This document shows positions 11,765-23,310 of a DNA stretch of 64,000 bases, piece after piece. Source of the DNA: Saccostrea echinata (taxonomy: Eukaryota). Every line of letters begins with the position of its first letter. Position 1 is the stretch's first letter. Under the pieces are notes generated by a model, which searched no databases, had not been told where the DNA came from, and saw only the letters and a list, made by a program, of their open reading frames with translations. Position numbers and translations under genes: made by a program. Location of the stretch: the NCBI RefSeq assembly GCF_033153115.1, contig NW_026889758.1, positions 22,816,001 through 22,880,000 of the forward strand. Reading direction: 5' to 3'.

Positions 11765-14700
11765 TCAACCCCTTTTCTTCCATTTCCTTCGGCGCACGCA
11801 TTGCAATTTACATTCTAACCGTTTTTGGAAATTATTTCCGGGTCGTGGACATCCCTTGATTTTAATACACTTATTTCTCAGAACGTCAAATACCCATCGT
11901 CGTCGGAGTTTTCCGGAACAAACAACGTGCATGTTCTCAACGGGAAATTTACATCTCACATTTCTTGGTCTAAATCGGTTCTTATGCATTTTGCCTGCAA
12001 AGAAGAAAAACACACTCATATACTTTGCAAGTTTTCTATAAATAATTAAATAATTCATACTTAAAGCACACGCGCTAACCGGCGATATTTTAAATTACAG
12101 TTGTATATCTCTCGTAAATGCTAAACCTGCATACAAAATAAATCTTATGAAAGAGAAAAAAAAATTACGTTTTTAATAAGGGAAATGACACACTAATGCA
12201 TGGGAACGTACAAGGTTCTGCGTTCACCATTTTAAGATTATAAATCAAATAAGAACCAATATGGCTAGAATTCTGTTGAAACTTGCAGCAAAAAGTGTTC
12301 CAATACGTTAATAAAACAGGGGAATGATCACGAGAAAAAAGTGGCATCAGTGGGACTATCGGAGAACTGGTACCGTCCTTTCGGTACTATAGATAGCAAG
12401 CAATATTTTTTTTCAGAGCAGATAAATCTTTTCAAGGTAAAAAGCCTTTTTTTCCTTCAGCACTTACATAAAATACACTTGTCTACGAGGTGCGATTAGA
12501 TCTTTAATTTTCTGCTCAAATTTATGTCTCCTTAAACTGTAATAGATGTGCAACTATGTTTCACCCAATAATTAACAACTGGCGATGTGCGGAACAGAGC
12601 TGGTATTTCGATTTTTTTTTTTTAATTATAGAAATATAGATTTACAACAAATTATCGAAACACAGTCCACAGTCTCCGTGGTATTAAAATTCTTTCTTTG
12701 AACCATTTGTAAAGAGGAGAAAATAATCAAAACAATTAATGATAGGTATTGCTTTTGCAGATACTCTTTTATATGGGTATAATGTAAGCATGATTTGGCA
12801 ATTGCAAAATGCGAACAAGAGGAAAATATTGCGTAATATAGAATATGAACGGAGTAAATTTTTGATTTATCTTAACAATTTCTCGCATAATAGAAGAAAA
12901 ATGTCCGAGGTAATTTTGTAAAGTGGGCAGAGATTTAGACGATAAGAGGTTGTCCTTTGTTCATCAACATTCTTGTCCGAACCCCAGGACTGAAACATTT
13001 TGTATTCCTAGTTATTGTATAGTGAAAGCATGTGGGTGTAAGGGGAAAATCAAAGTATACATAGCTCGGCCTTGATACTTGTTTACGATTTAACATTATT
13101 ATCTCGTTTTTCGCTGAGATAACATTTAAGTTTATTTAGAAGGACATTCGATCTTCATCAAGATAGACACTAGCGAAGAAAAACAGCTGGCTGAAGCAGA
13201 AAGATACCCAGCAGTTTAGTCACTTATATAAGTTTGCACCGATTCCACTTCGGGCTCAAACTCACTTTTACTTTTAAAGATGTGATGTATTGCAGGATTG
13301 CATAAAATCCGTTTGGTGCAGGAAAGTGATCAAAGGACGGTTTTCAAAAAATTATAAATGTAAAACAACTGCATGTCACTGTGCAATACAAAGAAATGAT
13401 CAGAAACGAATCCATGATGTGGACAGGAAAGGCGTGCAATTGTACCCTTATGTACAAAAACTTGAATACAAATGCGCACTATCCAACTTAAAAATAGAAA
13501 TTACCCTTATATGGTGTGATGCATGTTTCTTTGCAAGTTCTTCTTTTATCGAAGTTGTTTCCGGGTTTTCTGCAGCCCCAGAATCGAACGCACCTTCCTT
13601 TTGTTGCGTCATACATATAACGTCGCATTCTCTTTGGGCAGTTGAACACATCGAAGGACAAAGGCTGACTGCAAATTGTGTTTGCATTCGTTCGAACGAA
13701 GTTTGCAGTATCAAAGAAAACACCTACATAACCCTGGCTCTTCAGTGGTGAAGTTAAGCCGGTGTCTTTCTGTCGTCTTAAATCTAAAATAATAAATATT
13801 GACAGTAATGTTTAGAACTAATATGGAATCAAGACAGAAGGGGGTGTATGTAAAATAAATACATGTAGATGGATATTAGTAAGTACTGACCATAAATATC
13901 ATAAGGTTAGTTAAATGCATTTTATGTACTGCAATTATTTAAATAGAACTTTGTAATTCAATAATATGACACTAGCCAACAGAATTTTATATGTATATTA
14001 CAAGTACCTTTGTCACATATTGTATCTAATCATTCAATTATCTCGACATAACATTTGTATGAATAAAAGTGCAAAATAATGATTGTCGAAAACATTCTTT
14101 AAATACTGTCAGTTGATCTCGATAGGATTCCAAGGAATATTGCGGTTTTCGAATTTTTGCTTTCATAACAGGATAATTGGAATCAGTAATTCTACTGAAT
14201 GGATAGTGTTGTAAAGTTACCGATCTGAATTAGCCCCACGTGAAGTTCTATATTTATGTAGATAATGTTCCTGTTTGCTATGATTATACAAGACAGGTTG
14301 AAAACATTAGTACATTATTGATGAATAAAGCACGTATGACCTAATTTTGGTCTTCCTTTTTAAACTTTATAGAGATGTATATTGGGTATTTCAGTTTAAA
14401 GGTGTTGATCTTAAAGCAAGATGAGCTTATTATGGCCAAGATTAAAAATAAATATTTAAGAATATTCTATTTTCATACACGTGCTTGTAAATGCAAAAGA
14501 CAATAATAGGTGACTGAAGGCGCCCTAATATTGCCTCTCGTGCGATCAGTCCAACAACACATTACAGAGGGCATACTAAGCAAGTCCTACATTACAGAGG
14601 GCATATTAAGCAAGTCCTACATTACAGAGGGCATACTAAGCAAGTCCTACAATCAGGTAGACATTTTATACTATGGAGAATTTTGATCTTATTATATTTT

Positions 14701-17700
14701 TCATTTGACTGAATAATCACATACCCTTGCAAGAAGCATCGAGTTTGCATGCTCCTCGTTCGCAAGACTTGGAAATAACACACGATGTTCCACCAAAACA
14801 GTATACATTCTGGAATGAGAGAAGCGTTATTTTAATGTTTAGCCGTGCACACTATAAGACTGTGCATTTCATTACCAGAACCTTAACAGAAGGCAGTGCA
14901 GCAATCATTGAGAAACTTTTATGTTTATTTACCACATCTGTTTGCCTCTTTTTTCAAATTTTGCAGATCCATGAATTTAGCGTTAAGTTATTTTGCGGTC
15001 AGAAATATTGGGTAATTCTTTAAAAATTCTTAAGCTTGTCAGAATCATTTATTCCAAATACGATGGCGGTCAGTTTGATCGAAACGCACAAAAAGGACAC
15101 CATCTATTTGTCCTCATCTAAAGACTTAGCCTGATACTTCGGTGGAAATCAAACTCAGCATCGATAATACAAGTATTTATCTCTAAGATGATTAATGAAC
15201 CCATTTTAGAATTAGACAGACACTTCTACTTGAAAGGGGTACTTCAAAAATCATTTAGTTTTTGGATATAAATAGTAACGTGAATGTCAAAAAATGGTTA
15301 CATTGTGTCTCATCCTATAGACTATCACATTTATCACTGAACCATTCTAATAGCTACTTTGAAGAGATTTTCTATTATAGTTGTATGCGTTATGGCCTTG
15401 AGAGGAAGATAATAGACCTATAATTGTCATTTTCCAGCTGCGTAGCGCGGAAGTATTTTTCGCACTAACCGCAGAATGTGTGACACGTTTATTAACGTTT
15501 TGCCACAATCATGAATTTGGGCAGTAAACAATTTTTTTTTCAAAATACCATCGCTTGGCATTTTTATGGAAACTCCACGGAAGGGGGATGACCATAGCAT
15601 AGACACTGTTCATATATTGTGGGTCTTATTTACGCTCTCTACGGATCGGTCTGGCGTTCATTATCACGTAAAAAAGACGTTCTTAGGAATGTAGCCAGGC
15701 GCCAAAAGTCGTGTCGCGCGACTAAATTATGATCATAATCTGGTGTCCACTTTTTTGGTCCCCAAATGACTAGATAGTAAATGATTTAATATAGCAATAA
15801 AAAATGTAATGGTTGCCTATATTGATCAATTCATAATAAAGATCTCAAGTCTGCATTTTTTGCAGTTTTGCTTATTTTGCGTGTGTGCTACAAGTTCCAA
15901 TGTGTTAATCCTAGATCATATGCATGCTGCCCGATTAGAGATAAAGAATATAAAATTATTTCCTTCAAAAGTCTCACAGGTTGAACTGTACGTGGCATTG
16001 ACCTTAGAGATGAGGTAAACAATAACAGAGGCACACAAGGCCAGGGGAGGCCGGCTGAAATATGAGATGTTTGTTTGGAGATTTTTTCGGTCAGGGCACA
16101 AAGCTCCCCATTTGCCATTAATTACAGAGTTTCCAAAACATTTCGTGGGTCATCTGTCCCCAGTGGTCAGCTGCGTCATTTATTCAGAGATAGGGTTTTC
16201 TGCGATTTAACTTTAAAACGTCTAACATAATTTTACTATCAACTGACTTTAAAATTAGCTGTTCGAGTGACACTGCAAAAAGCACTAGTCTTTCTTTTGT
16301 TGTCGACATCTTTTGAGAATTAAGAAATAGTTCAATTCCACATACCAAGGAATACTTCATCCTAATTACTGAATTTTAAAAATAATGTAGAGGGTTATTA
16401 TGGATTTGACTAGAGTTGATCAATATATCCAGTCTATCTTGTCCTTGCATTTGATTGACTGGCTTTTATCATTAGCAAAGTTCAGTCGATGAAACTGAAT
16501 GAAAATCTTATCAGAGAGCCGTGTCTGCTTTTTATTCATGATTGGTCACTTCCTATACATCTCTCCACACTGCAACAATTTTTCTGACTCAGAGTCATTT
16601 GGAAGCCGAGAGGATAAAAAGGAAAACATCGCGGGGGCGACCGAATCTAAAATGAGTAATAATACAAATTCCTCAATTAAAGCCATCGCCGAGGATTTCG
16701 CAAAACGCATCGGAATTCCCAACTTTGTTTTGATACCCTTAATTTAGCGAGTTATTTGTTTAATGTAATTCATTTGAATGAATTCCAACCTATAAATATT
16801 CTCCAGATTCGATCTACGTTTTGTTATTCTAAGCACAGGGATCTATCGTGATTTGGGTGTTACTCATTTAGGGCGAGGGATGATTTGTAACATAAATTCT
16901 TTATGAGCAAAGGTTAAAAAATAACTCGAACAATTAGACAACACCCTGTCACAAAAAGATATTTAAAAGATTGTAGATTGTCGAAGCAATAAACTTAAAC
17001 ATACTCTTAACTAGTATCAAAAACCCGGGTGGGACTTCTATTGGAATGTTCAAGTACTATATATTACATATTTTTCCAGTGATTCAATGCAATTAAAGAA
17101 AATTTCGTAGTATACACAAATTGCTTGAAGCTGCTTTAGATAAACTCGACCGCGCGATTGTGTAATTTTTTTCTTCAATTTTTCTCCACGTGCAAATGTC
17201 AAACCACGGCGCCAGTAGCAATTCTTCTAACCAATAGCACCAATGGAACTCGCCATTGTACATCAAAATAACATAATTTGAGGCTTGTTTAAAATTTACT
17301 GTATCTTAGAAGTCGATGAACCGGTATAGTTGAAAAAACTATACCAATCAATAAACTGTTAAAAAAAAAGCACAAGGATTATCTGTGTCCATTTAATAAG
17401 GTAAAGTTACAGAGAATTAAAGTAAGACAGAACTGCATTTTATTTAAGGATTTCATGTTTTCCATTCGGGATTAATTAGAATCGCAGCTATAATTAACAC
17501 ATTGCAAAATTACATCTGTTGTTCAAGATATGAATATTTCTACAGGTACAAAGAATGGCACTACAAATAGATGAAATAGCCCAACTTACCTGGCAAGGAT
17601 TGTTACATTTACAAATAAAGTTCCCCTCGATATCTGTATCGTATCCGTAATCACACTTCCTATTGCAGGGGGGCCGTGGTCCCTCTATGAGAGGTCTGTG

Positions 17701-17903
17701 GCTTTTCATAGGTCCCCAGATTGAGTCTTCTAAGGGTACAGTAACGACAGACGTCCCTAGGGCTCGAATGACCGCCTGTTATATATAATACCGGTATATA
17801 GTAACACTTATACATTGAACAATTTCTAAACGAGGAAGTGAATATTACTTACCAATGCACAGTTCAGTAGGAGTACAATGCTAAAATCTTTGATACAAAT
17901 CAT
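11765..17903 (-). CDS. Secreted antistasin-like + two BPTI/Kunitz-domain protein (276 aa), 5 coding exons
   Basis: Exons: 17903-17853 (MICIKDFSIVLLLNCAL, signal peptide); 17775-17590 (…CNRKCDYGYDTDIEGNFICKCNNPCQ, antistasin-like); 14809-14725 (NVYCFGGTSCVISKSCERGACKLDASCK); 13783-13505 (…CSQPLSFDVFNCPKRMRRYMYDATKGRCVRFWGCRKPGNNFDKRRTCKETC, Kunitz); 11994-11765 (CKFPVENMHVVCSGKLRRRWVFDVLRNKCIKIKGCPRPGNNFQKRLECKLQC, Kunitz). All junctions GT/AG, phases 0,0,1,1, total 831 nt. Confidence 0.88.
14560..14650. repeat. 30-bp tandem repeat x3 in a Kunitz-gene intron
   Basis: CATTACAGAGGGCATACTAAGCAAGTCCTA repeated three times with one substitution. Confidence 0.9.
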
Positions 17904-17974
17904 TTTATACTTTTGTTTTGGAGACAAAACTACGAACTGAAAAATATTTTTGTGTATTACAGCTGTAGTAATTT

Positions 17975-18115
17975 TTTTCTTATAAATACTAGGCATTAGT
18001 CTTGTGACACCTTGACCGCACAAACCCCGCCTCCTGCAAGAAAACTAATTCATAAAATGCTGGCATCACACAATTTTCTCACATAAGCCACACCCCCTGT
18101 TCTCTGATTGGTCAG
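17975..18115 (-). promoter_or_regulatory. Putative core promoter of the Kunitz gene
   Basis: On the - strand: TATTTATAA ~80 bp upstream of the ATG, a GC box (GGCGGGG, ~18025-18031) and CCAATCAG at ~18103-18110. Confidence 0.45.
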
Positions 18116-18425
18116 ATCAAGTACTGACTCATGATTAATACTGCTTTTCGTTGATTCATAGTAACACGGTAGTAAATAGTGATTTGGATGCTTAGAATAG
18201 ATCGGGAATTTGTAACATTCCTAAGAATGCACAGAAGTTTAACTGCCGACATCTGTAGATAAATTAGTGCGCTGGTAAAGGTAATCAATGCCACAAGGGT
18301 CAGAAATTTACTGCACCCAGATCATACCGCAAATATCTAACGTTAAAGAAAAGTAATTAGTTTTAGTTGCTGTTTTTTCCCCAGTGGGCATCAGATTATG
18401 GGTTTTTTTTTCTGCAGGCAGTATA

Positions 18426-20032
18426 CCGTATATACTCGCATATAAGTCGGATTTTTATGCCCCTGGGTCGAAAGATCCCGGGGGTATATTGTTTTTGTCC
18501 TGTCTGTCTATTTGTCTGTTTGTCTGTCTGTCTGTTGTCAGCTTTAACCTTGCCCATAACTTTTGATTGGTGGAGCTATGACGTTCATATTTCACATGTG
18601 TATTCCTTGTGACAAGACCTTTCTTTGGGTACCTTCATATTTGACCTTTTGACCTTGACCTTGGAGTTTGACCCACTTTTGCAAAATTTTATGAGACTTT
18701 AACCTTGGCCATAACTTCTGAACAGTTGGTGCCTGGGGTTTCAAACTTCACGTGTATTCTTTGTGACTAGGCCTTCCTTTGGATACCAACCACTTTGACC
18801 TTGACCTTGGAGTTTGACCTATTTTGAAAAACTTTAACCTTGGCCATAACATTTGAACAGTTGGTGCTTGGGGTTTCAAACTTCACATTTGTATTCCTTG
18901 TGACAAGACCTTCCTCTGGATATCAACCTCTTTGACCCTTTGACCTTGACCTAGGAGTTTTACCTACTTTTGAGAAACTTTAACCTTGGCAATAACTTTT
19001 GAACAGTTGGAGCTAGGGCTTTCATACTTCACATATGTAATCCTTGTGACAAGACCTTCCCTTGGATACCAACCACTTTGACCTTTTGACTTTGACCTAG
19101 GAGTTTGACCTGCTTTTGAAAAACTTTAACCTTGGCCATAACTTTTGAATGGTTGATGCTAGGACTTTCAAACTTCACATATGTAATCCTTGTGACATTA
19201 CTTTCTTTGGGATACCAACCACTTTGACCCTTTGACCTTGACATAGGAGTTTGACCTACATTTGAAAAACTTTAACCTTGGTCATAACTTTTGAATGTTT
19301 GGTACTAGGGCTTTCATACTTAACATATGTAATCCTTGTGACAGGACCTTCCTATGGATATCAACAACTTTGACCTTGGCTTTGACGTTTTACTTACTTT
19401 TAAAAAACTTTAACCTTCGCCATAACTTTTGAACAGTTGCAGCTAGGGCTTTCAAATTTCACAGGTATATTCCTCGAGACAAGACCTTCCTTTGGGTACC
19501 AACATTTTTTATCTTTTGGCCTGGATTTTGACTTGCATTTGAGAAACTTTAACCTTCGCCATAAGCTGTCATATGGGGGCATCAGTGTTTCACAAACACA
19601 TCTTGTTGGAAGTTAAATTTCGTCTAAAACTCAATGTCTGGCTGACAAGTGAGTCCTAGAAACATCGGCACTTTTTTGAACGACGAAATGTAGTATTTTC
19701 TCAACTCGGACGATTAATCGTAGATTAAAGTCGGGGCATACTTTTAAGATACTTTCATGCAAGAAAGAAACGTCTAAGGTACTACATGCATAAAATACAA
19801 GTGCTCACAGATTTTAATGATTTTATTTTTGTTGCGGCATAAAAGATCAAATATCGATGTAACACCCTAAGACATACTTCGAAATACAGGTAAATAAAAC
19901 TGTATATTGAATCTGGAATTAGCAACCAATTCTGATCAAAAAATTAAAAATATCGTTCCAACTAATAATAGGGTCAATTAATCTGAACAAATATAACCGA
20001 CAGACTTAACCGACTTATATGCAAGCATACGG
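18426..20032. mobile_element. Tc1/mariner (pogo-like) non-autonomous element with a nested HINE
   Basis: TA-CCGTATATACTCGCATATAAGTCGG … CCGACTTATATGCAAGCATACGG-TA imperfect TIRs with TA TSD. Confidence 0.7.
18452..19607 (+). mobile_element. Complete HINE with ~7-8 tandem ~140-bp units
   Basis: 5' TTTTTATGCCCC plus a short inverted repeat, (GTCT)n microsatellite, tandem AACTTTAACCTTGGCCATAAC…TGACCTTGACC units, and 3' GGGGGCATCAGTGTTTCACAAACACATCTTGTT. Inserted in a T-rich site. Confidence 0.85.
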
Positions 20033-22186
20033 TACGTAACTTTTTTATGTTTGTAGATACATACGGAAAGGTGGCCGATATTGAAGAGGATAAAAAAGGT
20101 ACACTTCTAACTAGCTAGGACGATATTTCTCAGTCAACTTAAATCATAGCTTCTTAGTTGTTTGCTTCTATCACTCTTTTAACAAGCTTTTTTTCAAGGT
20201 AAAGTCATTAACCGGCCATTTTTTTCCCCATTTTTATATACATTCATAAACCCCTCATTTATTTGAACTACTTCATTATAGGAGTCATTAACCGAGATTA
20301 CACTGTATCACCTTTTTTACACACTGAGTAAAAAAAGTATTATAAAGTAATTCTTTTTCTTCTTTCAGCAATTGTATATCCTCGAGGAGAGAGACAAAAA
20401 GTGATTAATTCTTGAAAAGATTTTTTAATCCTGATAAGAGACTAATCTGTGAAAGATATGTACATAATTGACTCAATGTCCCCTGCAGTAACTCTCCCAG
20501 TAACTACGTGAACTAGGACAAGGCTACGTGTGCAGTACCGATTGGGACTATTAGAGGGGACCCCCTCAAAGCTTCAGAAAAGAAAGCGGTAGTGGGGGTA
20601 TCCTCACATCAGATAGACTAGGATGTGGAGGAATATTAAGTTATCATGGTATATAATCAGAAGAAACTTTCGGAATAAAGGGAAAACTTTTTCAAGAGAA
20701 AACTTTGCAGAATAAATCTTTGCAACTTTTAACTGCATGGTTTTTTGTGTGAATAAAATGGAATATGACCATGTGTGTCTTAAAAAGTTAACGATGTTGA
20801 TGATGTTGAAGTGTATGTATGTGTTTTTATTTTGAATTATTTACAGAGAGAAAATGTCTCTGAACACACAGTATAAGCAGAATCGATGCATCAGCTGATG
20901 AAATTTTGCGAGAAAATTGACATATTAATTGCGTTGGCGTATGAATACAATAGTATCTTTGTGTCCCATGAGTATCCCTTATGTAACACCAATAATCACA
21001 CTCGGAAATATCAACTCGAGCTGCATGTATTATTCTTCTATATATATAGACGTAATTTGGTGTTCCGAAATTTGACACCAATTAAGTCCATACACGCCCT
21101 ACGAAAAACTGGACCGTTGTATTTCAGCACATCTGGGCTCTAGGCGAAAGTATTCATCTTAATGGACAGGTTCCGAACATTTGAAAAATGCCATAAAGCT
21201 GAATTTGTGCACTTTAAAGATATTTCAAAGGCCATACCCGGTACTACTGATCGACTTTAATTGTGAAATTACAAACAGATATCTGAATCCTTCTACACTA
21301 ACAATTACAGAACTGTTTTTTTTTTTAAGTCTGAAAGTGCTTGAAGCTAAGAAAGGAAGCTAATACATATATTATAGAACTAATAACTGTTAAACGAATA
21401 TATGCTTACACCAAGCACTTCCATTTCCCCAGTGAAGTATAGTTCTCTGAGAAAGAAAGTAAAAGGCTATAACCACTATCGATTTATACATCATTGTTAT
21501 TTTACCCATTCTTTCTAAAAAGAAAAAAAAAATGCAATTTCATTAACAAACACTTTGTTTAATAACGATTCAAATTTAATTGTTTAAAAGTCATTTGTTT
21601 TTTTTTCAGGTAAAATTTACTTGGCATAATGAAATTTTAAAATTTGCCCTCTTACGTTATAAATATAAGTACGGTAAATGATGTTTTATTTAAACTTTAA
21701 GTGTATAACCATTTTTAAGTTGATGATACATTATCAGATCAAACAAGCAAAAATGCAAACTCTTTAAGCACATACAGTAACTGTTTTGTTTCATATTCAA
21801 GATACAAATGGTAACGTAAATACTCTGCACTTAAAACTGTACAAAGTGAAGAAAATGGAAACATTTAGTTTTTATCTGTGAATAATATTACTTCTATTCA
21901 AATTATATAGTTGCAAACAAGTATATTGAGTAAAAATCCCTCACTTTTGTACATCCATTTGCACCTCTGCACATCTGTTCCAGAAAAAAGCAAATGTCAG
22001 TACAAGAAAACAATACAGTGTATATGTATAAATTTCTCTTTTCGACATAATAAAGTTCACGTCAGGTTCCTTTACTGTATCGTTGTCAGAGCCCTTTAAA
22101 ACTAATAATAAGTTTTATTTCAGTTTTAAATTGTTTTTATTGATTACATTCTCTCAAATTGCAATTAATGTGGAACAGAACTGACA

Positions 22187-22767
22187 TTATTAGTCCCCTA
22201 CCGGTGAAACCGGAGGGGACTATAGGTTTCCTCTGCGTGTGTCTGTCTGTCCAGCTGTCCCTCTGTCTGTCTGTCAGTCAGTCACACTTGGTTTTCCGCA
22301 CTTTTTTCCTAAACGCTTGCAGATATTGAGCTGATTTTTGTTATGTGAGTGTATCTTGATGAGTTAATTTGCATTTCATTCCGCTTCATTGATTTTCGAC
22401 GGAATTACGACCTTTTCAATTTTTAAGGGCTGAAAAGCTGAAATTCATGTGAAAGCACATTGGGGTAGTGTAGATTCTAAATTAAAATCACGACCCCCGG
22501 GGGTAGGGCGGGGTCACAATAGGGAATCTAATTTTTACTTTGAAATATATAAAAATCCTTTAAGATCTCCTTTTTCAAGAACCACTGGGCCAGGTATGCT
22601 GAAATTCATGTGGAAGCATTCTGGAGTAGTGAAGATTACAAATTATTAAAATCATGACCCCTGGGGTAGGGCGGGGCCACAATAGGTATTACATTGGGAA
22701 AAGTCTGGTGAAGAACAGCAGGGCCAAAGTTACTCAGGAGAGCGTTGTGGTCCATGGGCCTCTTGTT
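22187..22767 (+). mobile_element. HINE, second family
   Basis: TTATTAGTCCCCTACCGGTGAAACCGGAGGGGACTA hairpin, GTCT microsatellite, 3' end GGTCCATGGGCCTCTTGTT. Confidence 0.75.
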
Positions 22768-23084
22768 TAATTTAGCACGCATATCATGCCACCTTTTGGT
22801 TACAACACGGAAATGTTTAACTTTTCTCAAGCTAAGAGACAATTAAACGAATTTTAACTCTTGATACATATAATCATCAAAAAGGGTAAGTCTCTAGTAT
22901 GGAACCAAAGCCTTCAAGATCAAGGTAGAAATCTGTGAACATTTTGTATAAATCAATGGGCGGAGTCGGGACGACTTAATGACACAGGAATTAAGATCTA
23001 ACGAGCTTTAAAGTTTGACTTTTATGGGGTATGAACACTTTATCAGTACATAAATAGCAATGCAGTGGTTATAAAATATCGATC

Positions 23085-23310
23085 TAATGTGGCGGAGTAA
23101 GAGAATATGATCCTTATACTTACGTCGCAGGTTCGAATCTCAGTGCGGAACGTGGAAACCTGTATAAGTCCCGTGCCGCAGTAGATAGATGCTGGAAATA
23201 GATCGAAATCGAAGTAATCGAAATAGATCCTTCTCTGCTCATTGGCCACAAGTGCCGAGTACGAGTCTAAATTTGCATCCCTCAATAGGCAGTCGGTGGT
23301 GTCCCAAGAA
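23085..23310 (+). mobile_element. Degenerate tRNA-derived SINE
   Basis: B box GGTTCGAATC followed by GTCCCGTG…GATCCTTCTCTGCTCATTGGCC…GTGCCGAG, similar to 56311-56616. Confidence 0.6.

Noticed and set aside
13290-13751. 153-aa plus-strand ORF and 91-aa minus-strand ORF
   Set aside because: Antisense and off-frame shadows of the Kunitz exon 13783-13505.
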